From an uncultured Prevotellaceae bacterium (GTDB lineage: Bacteria; Bacteroidota; Bacteroidia; Bacteroidales; Bacteroidaceae), in contig CACWMK010000010.1 of assembly GCA_902761905.1 (NCBI GenBank), positions 3,215-67,214 on the forward strand: a DNA stretch of 64,000 nt. The letters are read 5' to 3'. Under the pieces are notes generated by a model. The model did not search any database, had not been told where the DNA came from, and worked only from the letters and a program-made list of their open reading frames with translations. Positions 38,901-47,978 of this stretch are shown in pieces; the stretch's first letter is position 1; each line of letters begins with the position of its first letter. Both the position numbers and the translations under genes were made by a program.

Positions 38901-39100
38901 ATATTATTAAGAGCCTCTGCACGACCAGCAGGATAATTAACAGCCAATTCAAACGAACAACGTGCAAGGGCTTCGGTAGAATCTATATTACGATAATGAT
39001 AGGCATAAGATTGAGAATTCAACTTGTCCACCGCTTGCCTATCAGGGCGCGAACAGGCTGATAAAAGTATGGTTGATAATATGAATAGCCAAAGTTTCAT
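35921..39100 (-). CDS. Large sensor histidine kinase-like protein (DUF5112/DUF5113-like)
   Basis: Lipobox LSAC, TPR-like sensor, TM, HATPase boxes (DNARKFT, EDTGSGM, GFGL), second TM and periplasmic domain, third TM, KHETMYYP. Confidence 0.8.
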   Translation of the reverse strand: MKLWLFILSTILLSACSRPDRQAVDKLNSQSYAYHYRNIDSTEALARCSFELAVNYPAGRAEALNNMAFVNIVRMRYDDAERQLNEAVETTDNQLQQLIAYVQQMRLCQRRSRNREFHEFREMANRTLRRIYEERDQLNERDLKQLLYAETEYAIVNSTYYYYVGLEQQSIEALGAINPEEVQRDTAQYLNYLYNIGAGGIITQGTQQEINQQEFDKLMRCFLTARKGDYPYFAANALEALSEHLMDPDYRQQLTEDNLPAMKFINPVGVDDEMLPVFLAENALSIFERYGDVYQIAGAYRTLASCYRQIGDYRSALYNLEQALSDSIINQAPDLVASIREQLSVAYAAIDDKQQSDENRNLYLDLQETTRQDRQLEARAYQYERQLSQLNIMLIAVVVAIVLLLFSLWLFNYLNKKQTKNDEPDNTFEQKSEQLAAQILQVENNERHNLEQRAKVSLVCNITPFIDRMIHEVARLQNDVPDREERLAYIRELINQINSYNDVLTYWIQLRQGELSLHIESFPLQPLFDVLHKGRTSFQMKGVELNVETTDAVVKADRVLTLFMLNTLADNARKFTDCEGRVDVSATQTADYVEISVEDTGSGMTEEQLEHLFDHKIVEGHGFGLLNCKGIIEKYRKISQIFSVCKIGATSTLGKGSRLYFRLPKGIARIVIALLCLVPIQMQAQPDEIDNLGMASIYSDSAYFCNINGEYERTLVFADSCRYYLNKHYLNQVPRGRYLMRPMGNLSLMAPEIKWYHDSIKTNYHIILDIRNESAVAALALHEWQLYSYNNRIYTQLFKEMSADVTLGEYCSTMQQSQTNKTIAIIMLVLLMISIIPAYYLLYYRHRLYDRFVREQQRINDLEMLDDELHRAELEDSNLHVSNAVLDNCLSALKHETMYYPSRIQQLLDNGDMESLSEVTTYYRELYGVLSQQALRQTERTRLHLKPLHDDILGDETLVRYLFDILRKLAGSKLQPEYTKRERGYVEVRVPMPELKLNEAEAANLFTPTKDHLPYLLCRQIVRDLGEATNRRGCGIYATIQENTTYMIITLPSVWKNSK

Positions 39101-39107
39101 GTTAATA

Positions 39108-39147
39108 AGAAAGAGTCCCCCTCGCCCATTATTAGGCGGGAGGGACT
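39108..39147 (-). terminator. Intrinsic terminator after eda
   Basis: AGTCCCTCCCGCCT-aataat-GGGCGAGGGGGACT followed by CTTTCTTATT. Confidence 0.7.
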
Positions 39148-39160
39148 GAGTATTTGAATG

Positions 39161-39829
39161 TTATGCACGTGCCTTAGCTACGTAACCAAGTGCTTCGCGA
39201 CACTTATCGGTAACGTACTGCCAGTCACCTGCCTTAACCTTGTCGCTGGGGAAAAGCTTAGAGCCCATACCAACACAGAACACACCGGCCTTGAACCACT
39301 TAGTAAGATTCTCCTCCTCGGGAGCAACTCCACCAGTAACCATAATTTTAGACCAAGGCATTGGAGCCTTCAGACCTTTCACCATGTTTGGACCTACTAC
39401 ATCTCCAGGGAACACCTTTGTAAGGTCGCATCCCAACTCCTGAGCCTTACCAATCTCACTGACTGTCATACAGCCAGGGCAGTAAGGAACCAGACGACGA
39501 TTGCAAACAGGTGCAATCTCTGGGTTGAACAGAGGACCTACCACGAAGCAGGCACCCAACTGAAGATACATAGCTGCAGTGGGAGCATCCACTACAGAGC
39601 CGATACCAAGAGCTAGTTCTGGACACTCTTTATCAGCCCACTTCACAAGTTCGCCGAAAACCTCCTGTGCGAAGTCGCCACGATTAGTAAACTCGAAAGC
39701 ACGAACACCGCCTTCGTAACAAGCCTTCACAACGTTCTTACATGTATCAAGATCCTTATTATAGAATACAGGAACCATACCGGTATCACCGATCTTCTTC
39801 AATACTGCAATCTTATCAAACTTTGCCAT
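39161..39829 (-). CDS. eda: KDPG/KHG aldolase
   Basis: Start trimmed to MAKFDK. FEFTNRG, GIGSVVD and KVFPG motifs. Confidence 0.92.
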   Translation of the reverse strand: MAKFDKIAVLKKIGDTGMVPVFYNKDLDTCKNVVKACYEGGVRAFEFTNRGDFAQEVFGELVKWADKECPELALGIGSVVDAPTAAMYLQLGACFVVGPLFNPEIAPVCNRRLVPYCPGCMTVSEIGKAQELGCDLTKVFPGDVVGPNMVKGLKAPMPWSKIMVTGGVAPEEENLTKWFKAGVFCVGMGSKLFPSDKVKAGDWQYVTDKCREALGYVAKARA

Positions 39830-39852
39830 AATTGTCAATATTCAATGTTCAA

Positions 39853-40875
39853 TTATCTCTGTACTCGTCCGTTAGCATTACCGCCAGCAAGCGACTCTAC
39901 TTCGTCAACAGATACAAGGTTGAAATCTCCATTAATGGTGTGCTTAAGAGCTGATGCTGCAACAGCAAACTCGAGAGCCTCGCCCTGAGTAGCCTTAGTG
40001 AGCAGACCGTGGATTAGACCACCCGAGAATGAATCGCCACCACCTACACGGTCAATGATAGGATTAATCTCATAGCGCTTAGACTGATAGAACTCCTTTC
40101 CATCATAAATAAGAGCCTTCCACCCATTATATGTTGCGCTGTAGCTTTCACGAAGAGTTGAAACAACATACTTGAATCCAAACTCCTTCATCATCTGCTT
40201 GAAGATACCCTCGTATCCGGCAGCATCTGTCTGGCCACCCTCAACATCTGCATCGGGCTTGAATCCAAGACAGAGCTCTGCATCTTCCTCATTGCCAATA
40301 CATACATCCACATACTTCATAAGAGGACGCATGATTGAGATAGCCTTCTCGCTGGTCCACAACTTCTTACGGAAGTTCAGGTCAACCGATACGGTTACAC
40401 CATGACGCTTTGCAGCCTCACATGCAAGTTTGGTCAGTTCGGCAGCCTTATCAGAGATAGCTGGTGTGATACCACTCCAGTGGAACCAAGCAGCACCTTC
40501 CATAACCTTATCAAAATCGAAGTCAGATGGATCAGCCTCAGCGATAGATGAATGAGCGCGGTCATAAATAACCTTTGAAGGACGCATTGATGCGCCAGTT
40601 TCGGCATAATACAAGCCTACGCGATCGCCACCACGAGCCACAAACTCAGTGTTAACACCATAACGACGAAGTGCATTAACAGCAATCTGTCCGATTTCAT
40701 GCTTGGGAAGCTTTGAAACAAAGTATGCCTCGTGACCATAATTAGCTACAGAAATAGCTACATTGGCCTCACCACCACCAGGGATGATGCGGAAAGACTC
40801 ACTCTGAATGAAACGGTCGTTGCCCTGAGGCGAAAGGCGGAGCATAATCTCGCCCAAAGTTACAATTTTTGCCAT
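39853..40875 (-). CDS. kdgK: 2-keto-3-deoxygluconate kinase
   Basis: GEIMLRL, GGGEANVA, DLNFRKKLW and DRVGGGDSF (PfkB) motifs. Confidence 0.92.
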   Translation of the reverse strand: MAKIVTLGEIMLRLSPQGNDRFIQSESFRIIPGGGEANVAISVANYGHEAYFVSKLPKHEIGQIAVNALRRYGVNTEFVARGGDRVGLYYAETGASMRPSKVIYDRAHSSIAEADPSDFDFDKVMEGAAWFHWSGITPAISDKAAELTKLACEAAKRHGVTVSVDLNFRKKLWTSEKAISIMRPLMKYVDVCIGNEEDAELCLGFKPDADVEGGQTDAAGYEGIFKQMMKEFGFKYVVSTLRESYSATYNGWKALIYDGKEFYQSKRYEINPIIDRVGGGDSFSGGLIHGLLTKATQGEALEFAVAASALKHTINGDFNLVSVDEVESLAGGNANGRVQR

Positions 40876-40928
40876 TGCTTTGTTTGATTTTTTTGATATA
40901 TTTCCTACTTATTTTTTCGTTTGCGAGG

Positions 40929-40936
40929 CAAAGATA
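40929..40936 (-). promoter_or_regulatory. -7 element for kdgK-eda
   Basis: TATCTTTG(CC). Confidence 0.6.
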
Positions 40937-40990
40937 TGAAGATTTTTTGACCCACGCAAATTTTTGAGAGTATTTCAGCCAAAAATATTA

Positions 40991-41004
40991 CGGAAACGAT
41001 TTCG
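40991..41004. promoter_or_regulatory. LacI-type operator
   Basis: CGGAAACGATTTCG fits GnAAnCGnTTnC and lies between the divergent promoters. Confidence 0.55.
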
Positions 41005-41049
41005 CGGCAATTATTTGCCCAAGATGTTTGGTGAATCGGAAAAAATATG

Positions 41050-41057
41050 TACCTTTG
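41050..41057 (+). promoter_or_regulatory. -7 element for lacI-uxaA
   Basis: TACCTTTG(CA). Confidence 0.6.
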
Positions 41058-41075
41058 CAAAAAATATCTCAGATT

Positions 41076-42143
41076 ATGGCAAAAGAAAATATTACTATTA
41101 AGGATATTGCTGCAAGAGCAGGCGTTTCAACAGGAACAGTAGATCGTGTACTACACAATCGTCCGAATGTGTCGAAAAGTGCCTTAGAAAAAGTAAACAA
41201 GGCACTGGAAGAGATGGATTACCGTCCCAACATGTACGCCTCGGCATTAGCTTATAATAAGGAATATACATTCTATTGCGTGCTGCCTAAGCATGAGCAG
41301 GAAGCCTATTGGGATGAGATTGAGGAAGGTGCTCTTGCATGTACCGAATTCAGACGCGATTTTGGCATAAAGCTCAAGTTTATCTATTACGAGCGTTTCA
41401 ATCCGCCTGCATTCACCAAAATGGCCCGCGAATTATTTACCGCAAAGATTGACGGAGTAATTATTGTGCCGGCCACTTTAGAACAGACATCCAGATTTAC
41501 AGAGAAACTAACAGAGCGTAACATTCCATATGTATTGCTCGACTCATATATGCCCGACCTCAAGCCGCTATCATTCTTTGGCCAGGATTCTTTTGCCAGT
41601 GGATATTTTGCAGCAAAAATGCTGATGCTTATTGCTAACAAGGAAAAAGAGATTGCCCTGATGAAGCAGACACGCGACGGAAAGGTAGGTTCGAAACAGC
41701 AGGCAAACCGTGAGACAGGCTTCCGTCATTATATGGTTGACCATTTCCCACAAATTAAGATTACCGAGGTAGACCTGCCATTGGATGAAGATCACAAGGA
41801 CTACGACGGAATCCTGGAGAAATTCTTCTCTACGCACCCGCACGTACATCATTGTATAACTTTCAATTCTAAAGCACATATCGTTGGCGAATTCCTGCAG
41901 AGAAGTAATCGAAGAAACGTACAGATTATGGGATATGATATGGTGGCAAAGAATGAGGAGTGTGTGCGCAAGGGAAGCATTTCATTCCTGATAGCCCAGC
42001 ATGCATACCAGCAAGGATATGCTAGTGTTGATGCTCTGTTCAACGCTATCGTAATGAAGCGCGCCGTAAATCCTGTCAACTACATGCCAATTGAAATCCT
42101 TACAAAAGAAAATGTGGATTTCTATCGTAGAACAGCAATTTAA
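41076..42143 (+). CDS. LacI-family regulator (hexuronate)
   Basis: Start trimmed to MAKENITIKDIAARAGVSTGTVDRVL (HTH). Confidence 0.92.
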   Translation: MAKENITIKDIAARAGVSTGTVDRVLHNRPNVSKSALEKVNKALEEMDYRPNMYASALAYNKEYTFYCVLPKHEQEAYWDEIEEGALACTEFRRDFGIKLKFIYYERFNPPAFTKMARELFTAKIDGVIIVPATLEQTSRFTEKLTERNIPYVLLDSYMPDLKPLSFFGQDSFASGYFAAKMLMLIANKEKEIALMKQTRDGKVGSKQQANRETGFRHYMVDHFPQIKITEVDLPLDEDHKDYDGILEKFFSTHPHVHHCITFNSKAHIVGEFLQRSNRRNVQIMGYDMVAKNEECVRKGSISFLIAQHAYQQGYASVDALFNAIVMKRAVNPVNYMPIEILTKENVDFYRRTAI

Positions 42144-42172
42144 ATTTATACTAAAATAATAATAAAGGAAAA

Positions 42173-43666
42173 ATGGAACAAGCTACATTTCTAAAGATTA
42201 ATCCGGCTGACTCGGTTGTAGTGTGCCTTCAGCCAAAAAAGAAGGGGGAAGTTATCGAGGTTGACGGAATGCAGATTACTGTCAATCAAGACACCCCAGC
42301 GGGTCACAAGGTACTGATTAAGGATACAAAAGAGGGTACTGATATCATAAAATACGGCTACCCTATCGGCCACGCCAAACAAGACCTCAAGGCTGGCGAC
42401 TGGGTAAACGAGAACAATCTCAAGACAAACCTATCGGGCACCCTAGAATATACATATCAGCCTGTAAACAAGGAACTTAATATAAAAAACGACAACAGAT
42501 CCTTTAAGGGGTATATTCGCAAGAATGGTGATGTCGGCATCCGTAATGAAGTTTGGATAGTACCTACTGTAGGTTGCGTAAACGGCATAGCTGAAAGACT
42601 TGTAAAAGAGCTGAAGAAGGAGACTGACGAGCATGGAGTAGATGCAATATACGCATGGCATCACAACTATGGCTGTTCACAGCTGTCAGAGGATCACGAG
42701 AATACACGTAAGGTGCTTAGAGATATTTGCCTGCACCCAAATGCTGGCGCAGTATTGGTACTTAGTCTGGGATGCGAGAACAACCAGCCAGAGGACTTTA
42801 TGAAGATGCTGGGTGATTACGACAAAGACAGAATTAAGCTGCTCGTAACACAACGAGTAGATGATGAAATGGAGGCTGGTATGGAGATTCTGCGCGGCTT
42901 ATATCAGCTGGCCAGCAAAGATAAGCGCACCGAGGTACCAGTAAGCAAGTTGCGTGTTGGACTTAAGTGTGGCGGTTCAGATGGATTCTCTGGCATCACA
43001 GCCAATCCTTTGGTAGGTGAATTCTCAGATTGGTTAGTTGCTCAAGGCGGAACATCGGTATTAACTGAAGTTCCAGAAATGTTTGGTGCAGAAACAATCC
43101 TAATGAACCGTTGTCGAACAGAAGAGTTGTTCAATCAAACGGTCTCTATGATCAACAACTTCAAGAATTACTTCCTGTCGCATGGTGAGCCAGTAGGCGA
43201 GAATCCGAGTCCGGGAAACAAGGCCGGCGGTATTTCTACCCTCGAAGACAAGGCACTGGGTTGTACACAGAAATGTGGCAAAGCCCCTGTAAGCGGAGTA
43301 ATGGAATATGGCGACAGATTACAGAATACTGGTTTGAATTTGCTTTCTGCTCCTGGCAACGATCTTGTCGCATCTACTGCCCTAGCCTCTTGTGGCTGTC
43401 ATTTAGTATTATTCACTACAGGAAGAGGTACGCCATTCGGTACATTTGTACCGACAATGAAGATTGCTACAAATCCTGATTTGGCTAGTCGGAAAAAGAG
43501 TTGGATAGACTTCTCTGCAGGCCAACTAATTGAGGGAAAGACCATGCAAGAATTAGTTCCTGAGTTTATCGATAAAGTTTTGTCGGTTGCTAGTGGAGAA
43601 AAAGCCAAGAACGAAGAGAACGATTATCGTGAAATATCAATATTTAAAAATGGAGTAACCCTGTGA
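42173..43666 (+). CDS. uxaA: Altronate dehydratase
   Basis: SAF domain; PTVGCVNG, HNYGCSQ, CGGSDGFSG and NPSPGNKAGG motifs. Confidence 0.93.
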   Translation: MEQATFLKINPADSVVVCLQPKKKGEVIEVDGMQITVNQDTPAGHKVLIKDTKEGTDIIKYGYPIGHAKQDLKAGDWVNENNLKTNLSGTLEYTYQPVNKELNIKNDNRSFKGYIRKNGDVGIRNEVWIVPTVGCVNGIAERLVKELKKETDEHGVDAIYAWHHNYGCSQLSEDHENTRKVLRDICLHPNAGAVLVLSLGCENNQPEDFMKMLGDYDKDRIKLLVTQRVDDEMEAGMEILRGLYQLASKDKRTEVPVSKLRVGLKCGGSDGFSGITANPLVGEFSDWLVAQGGTSVLTEVPEMFGAETILMNRCRTEELFNQTVSMINNFKNYFLSHGEPVGENPSPGNKAGGISTLEDKALGCTQKCGKAPVSGVMEYGDRLQNTGLNLLSAPGNDLVASTALASCGCHLVLFTTGRGTPFGTFVPTMKIATNPDLASRKKSWIDFSAGQLIEGKTMQELVPEFIDKVLSVASGEKAKNEENDYREISIFKNGVTL

Positions 43667-44937
43667 AGAAAGGTATCATAGCATTATCACCAATAATGGT
43701 GTTTATCCTGTTTTATTTAGTCACCAGCATCATAGCTGGTGACTTTTACAAGATCCCCATAACTGTAGCGTTTATGGTTTCCAGCATCTATGCCATCAGT
43801 ATTTTTAAGGGCATGCCATTAATGCAACGCATAAACAGCTATAGTCGCGGTGCCGCCACAGAACAGATGATGCTTATGATATGGATATTTGTTTTAGCCG
43901 GTGCATTTGCCCATTCTGCCAAAAACATGGGCAGTATTGATGCCACGGTTAATCTGGCACTAAGTTTCCTTCCCCCGCAAATGATCTTTGCCGGTATGTT
44001 TCTGGCAGCTTGTTTTATTTCGCTTTCAATAGGAACTAGTGTAGGAACAATTGCCGCTCTCACTCCTATTGCCGTTGGACTGGCACAAGAAACAGGAGTA
44101 GACGTTGCCATGATGACCGCTATCATTGTAGGCGGTTCGTTCTTTGGCGACAATCTTTCGTTCATATCCGACACCACGATAATGGCCACCCAGACACAAG
44201 GATGCAGATTGAGCGATAAGTTCAGAGTAAACGCCTTTATAGTTGTACCAGCAGCTCTGGTCATACTGGTTGTCTACTTTTTTCTTGGTCAGGACACTGC
44301 TGCCCCTCAACAGATTCCCGATGTAGAATGGATAAAAGTTATACCATATCTCACGGTGCTAATAACAGCCATATGTGGAATGAACGTTATGGCTGTACTT
44401 ACACTCGGAATTGTTTTATGTGGAATAATCGGTATCATTACAGGTTCTATGGACATCTACGGTTGGTTTGGTGCTATGGGCGAAGGTATACTTTCGATGG
44501 GTGAGCTTATTATTGTTACAATGATGGCCGGAGGAATGCTCGAATTAATAAAACAACAAGGCGGTATAGACTTCATAATTAAACTACTTACACGACGTGT
44601 AAATGGCAAGCGCGGTGCAGAGTTCAGCATCGCCACTCTTGTATCCCTTGTTGATGTTTGTACAGCAAATAACACCGTAGCAATCCTTACTGTAGGCAGC
44701 ATTGCCAAACAGATAGGTGACAGATATGGAGTAGATAATAAGAAGTGCGCATCAATACTCGACACTTTCTCATGCACCGTTCAAGGTCTTATCCCCTATG
44801 GTGCACAAATACTAATTGCGGCAGGACTGGCATCGGTCAATCCCGTATCCATCCTACCCTATCTTTACTATCCGTTTACACTAGGATTGGTAGCCATATT
44901 GTCAATCCTACTACGTTATCCAAAAAGATTCTCATGA
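43663..44937 (+). CDS. NhaC-family Na+/H+ antiporter-like transporter
   Basis: GTSVGT, GSFFGDNLSFISDTTI and CTANNT motifs. Confidence 0.85.
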   Translation: MKKGIIALSPIMVFILFYLVTSIIAGDFYKIPITVAFMVSSIYAISIFKGMPLMQRINSYSRGAATEQMMLMIWIFVLAGAFAHSAKNMGSIDATVNLALSFLPPQMIFAGMFLAACFISLSIGTSVGTIAALTPIAVGLAQETGVDVAMMTAIIVGGSFFGDNLSFISDTTIMATQTQGCRLSDKFRVNAFIVVPAALVILVVYFFLGQDTAAPQQIPDVEWIKVIPYLTVLITAICGMNVMAVLTLGIVLCGIIGIITGSMDIYGWFGAMGEGILSMGELIIVTMMAGGMLELIKQQGGIDFIIKLLTRRVNGKRGAEFSIATLVSLVDVCTANNTVAILTVGSIAKQIGDRYGVDNKKCASILDTFSCTVQGLIPYGAQILIAAGLASVNPVSILPYLYYPFTLGLVAILSILLRYPKRFS

Positions 44938-45743
44938 ACACGATACAACGAAACTTTTTCAGATTATTAAGATGTGGTGTTTTCCATACTACTGAGACAC
45001 TCGAACCTATGTCTGTTCACAAATGGGAAAAACTGCATCAATTGTCCATCCTTCACGATGTACAACCATATGCATATAAGGGTTTGGAAAAGTGCAAGGA
45101 CCAATTCTTTGTCAATCTTACTGAAGCACAGTGGAAACAATGGGCACAAGTGACAGAAAACAACACGAACGATGATGAAGAAGAATTGTTGAGGCCGTAC
45201 AAACTTACCAATCCCATTCTAAATCATCAATTACAAGACATTTTGGATGATGAACAGTCGGATATCAATACCCGCAAGATGCTTATCCAGATAATAAGGA
45301 TAGCGCGTCACATCCTCAATGAAGGTCTACCACTAAGGCTACTTATCGACTTAGGATTGATGATAAAAGACAAGGACAGCAAAGTCGACTACTCTACTCT
45401 GGCAGAATGGCTTAGGAAACTAAGATTTCAGCAGATGGCACAGTTGGAAGGAGCTCTATTAATAGAATTGTTTGGTTTTGAAACAATAGATATTCCCTTT
45501 GCCCAAGGAGATGTCGATAAGAAAACTGCGATTGTAGCAAAAGAACTTGCCGAATATACGAATGTACACAAGGATTTCTACTTTTCACAATCCCCCGACA
45601 GCATCTTTGTACATACAAGCAATAGCGGAGCCTTAATTAGTCATATTAAGCGCTCAGCAAGATATATGCGATTTATACCTTCAGAGGCACTTACCAACTT
45701 CTTCGCGTCATTTGCCCACTCCCTTACGCACATTGAAGAATGA
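44934..45743 (+). CDS. Nucleotidyltransferase-family-like hypothetical protein
   Basis: Start trimmed to MNTIQRNFFRLLRCG (ATGA overlap); EGLPLRLLIDLG resembles the family's C-terminal helix motif. Confidence 0.55.
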   Translation: MNTIQRNFFRLLRCGVFHTTETLEPMSVHKWEKLHQLSILHDVQPYAYKGLEKCKDQFFVNLTEAQWKQWAQVTENNTNDDEEELLRPYKLTNPILNHQLQDILDDEQSDINTRKMLIQIIRIARHILNEGLPLRLLIDLGLMIKDKDSKVDYSTLAEWLRKLRFQQMAQLEGALLIELFGFETIDIPFAQGDVDKKTAIVAKELAEYTNVHKDFYFSQSPDSIFVHTSNSGALISHIKRSARYMRFIPSEALTNFFASFAHSLTHIEE

Positions 45744-46604
45744 TACTTGTTTTTCGAGTCGCCGCACATGATTGAATTTTATTTCACGCAATCCATGATC
45801 GCCCATAAAGCGACTCTTGTCAACATTGCCTCTGATTCCTATAATCCTGCCATGACTGGTGTATTGCCACATGGTGATATCACGACCGTCGGCTAATACA
45901 GGCTCCTCGTCGGTATACATAGCAATCATCAGCTTGTAATTATCAATCATACCTATAAGATGACGATTATAGAAGTTTCTGAAAGTGTATATCAAGGGTT
46001 GATGATGATAAGCCTGTTCAACCATATCCAAGAATGTCAAAAGCGAATCACAGAACTCGTCTGTCGACAATCCTCCAGTTGTCTCCACGTCTATCATTGG
46101 TATCAAGTCCTGTTCACCAGGACGGCACTGAGTGATAAAGTTCTGTAATTGGGTCAATAATGGTGTCTTGGGGCGAAAGAAATGGTACGACCCAACCTTC
46201 AGCCCATGACGATGGGCAAGCTCGATATTACGCTCGTATTGTGCATCTATATGATCACCGCCCTCGGTAGCTTTCAGATATACATAAGCCATCTTGGTAT
46301 TTTCGCCTACAGTCTCCCAAAACACTTCACCCTGATAATGTGACAAATCTATACCATGTACATGACTACATGTATCTTCACATTGCAAGAACGGATCATA
46401 ATAAGGATCAGTCAGTAGTCGAGGGTCTGGTCGGAAGGCGGCAACCGTCCTTTTCTTCGACATCTTATTCTTTTTATGTTTACTCACCACCCTTTGAGTG
46501 CGATGTTTAGAGTGGTTTTTGTTGTATTTTGAACGTTGTGCAAATCCGTTATTAGCGCCGAACATCAACATACATAATGTCAGCAGAATATATAGTTTTC
46601 TCAT
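45708..46604 (-). CDS. Secreted GH25 muramidase
   Basis: Start trimmed to MRKLYIL (signal peptide). GIDLSHYQG, KATEG, GSYHFF, PMIDVE and WQYTS motifs. Confidence 0.88.
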   Translation of the reverse strand: MRKLYILLTLCMLMFGANNGFAQRSKYNKNHSKHRTQRVVSKHKKNKMSKKRTVAAFRPDPRLLTDPYYDPFLQCEDTCSHVHGIDLSHYQGEVFWETVGENTKMAYVYLKATEGGDHIDAQYERNIELAHRHGLKVGSYHFFRPKTPLLTQLQNFITQCRPGEQDLIPMIDVETTGGLSTDEFCDSLLTFLDMVEQAYHHQPLIYTFRNFYNRHLIGMIDNYKLMIAMYTDEEPVLADGRDITMWQYTSHGRIIGIRGNVDKSRFMGDHGLREIKFNHVRRLEKQVSFFNVRKGVGK

Positions 46605-46625
46605 TATTTCCTTTATTTTGAGGTG

Positions 46626-46633
46626 CAAAGATA
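46626..46633 (-). promoter_or_regulatory. -7 element, leftward
   Basis: TATCTTTG(CA). Confidence 0.6.
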
Positions 46634-46676
46634 GCAAAAAACAATTAAAAAAATGCCATTATATCTTATTTATTCG

Positions 46677-46684
46677 TACCTTTG
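46677..46684 (+). promoter_or_regulatory. -7 element, rightward
   Basis: TACCTTTG(CC). Confidence 0.6.
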
Positions 46685-46700
46685 CCGCAAAAATTGATTT

Positions 46701-47978
46701 ATGAACAGAATAATAATTGCGATTATAGGTATTTTGGTATGTTGTTCATGCTCTAAGAAAGATGACCCAGAGCCAACTCCAGAGCCTATTGTACAGCATA
46801 CAGTATTAGTATATATGTCGGGCGAGAATAACCTGACTCAGGATTCTGCATATCCAAATGAATCATATCTTGCCGACGACTTGGAAGAAATGTTAGAGGG
46901 TTCTTATCTACTCTCTAATGGTCAACATCTTATAGCCTTTATTGATTCTGTGGGCAAAAACAACAAGCCTCACATTGTAGAGATAGCTAATGGCAAAGCC
47001 ACTGAAGTTTACAGCTTTGACAGCGAGTTCCATGCTAGTGATCCCGTAAAATTCCGTGAGATTGTAAAATGGACGATAGATAATTACCCATCTAATGACT
47101 ACAGTTTAGTATTATGGGGCCATGCCACAGGTTGGGCGATTAGCAATGACACCATAGCTTCTTCACGCAAATTAACCCGCGCCTATGGCCAAGACAAAGG
47201 TTGGGATAACAACAGTTCTGAAAAGTGGATGAACATTACCCAAATGGCCAAAGCGCTTGAAGGACTGCCAAAGTTTAAGTACATCTTCGCAGACTGTTGT
47301 TGTTTTATGTGTGTCGAAAGCGCATACGAGCTCCGAAATGTTGCTGATTACCTGATAGGATCACCTGCAGAAATACCAGGCGAAGGTGCTCCATATCATA
47401 TACTATTACCAAAATTATTCTCACAATCATCCACATTCTATAAGGAAATCTGCGACACCTACTATGATTTCTTTATGGAGGCATATCAAACGCCTCCATA
47501 CTCAGACAATTCTTCCAACTCATACCTAATTGGTTACAGTGTGCCACTATCTGCGATAGATCTATCAAAAATGGACAATCTGGCTCAAGCCACCAATCAG
47601 GTACTTAAGTCGTTTGCCACCAACAATCCTGAAGTATTAAATCTCGCCAACGTTCCATTCTATTTCGGATATGACTATCCAGTAATGTACGATATGAAAA
47701 CAGTCATACAGAAATATGCTCCATCAGCAGATTACTCTCAATGGCTATCCGCATATAACCAAGCCGTACCATATTCACTGGTTTCCAAAAGATGGATGAC
47801 CATCTATTCTATGATTAAAAACAATTACGATCTCTTTCCAAGCGACGATACTGTATACGGATGCGTTAGTATGTTCTTCCCTCAGTATAACTACGACAAT
47901 TCTAAATTCAAATACAATACACGCATAAGAAACTACCAATGGTATAATGCTGTAGATTGGAGTAATTATGGTTGGTAA
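46701..47978 (+). CDS. Clostripain-family (C11) cysteine peptidase lipoprotein
   Basis: Lipobox; VLVYMSGENNL; catalytic His in WGHATGW and Cys in FADCCCFM; GSPAEIP. Confidence 0.88.
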   Translation: MNRIIIAIIGILVCCSCSKKDDPEPTPEPIVQHTVLVYMSGENNLTQDSAYPNESYLADDLEEMLEGSYLLSNGQHLIAFIDSVGKNNKPHIVEIANGKATEVYSFDSEFHASDPVKFREIVKWTIDNYPSNDYSLVLWGHATGWAISNDTIASSRKLTRAYGQDKGWDNNSSEKWMNITQMAKALEGLPKFKYIFADCCCFMCVESAYELRNVADYLIGSPAEIPGEGAPYHILLPKLFSQSSTFYKEICDTYYDFFMEAYQTPPYSDNSSNSYLIGYSVPLSAIDLSKMDNLAQATNQVLKSFATNNPEVLNLANVPFYFGYDYPVMYDMKTVIQKYAPSADYSQWLSAYNQAVPYSLVSKRWMTIYSMIKNNYDLFPSDDTVYGCVSMFFPQYNYDNSKFKYNTRIRNYQWYNAVDWSNYGW

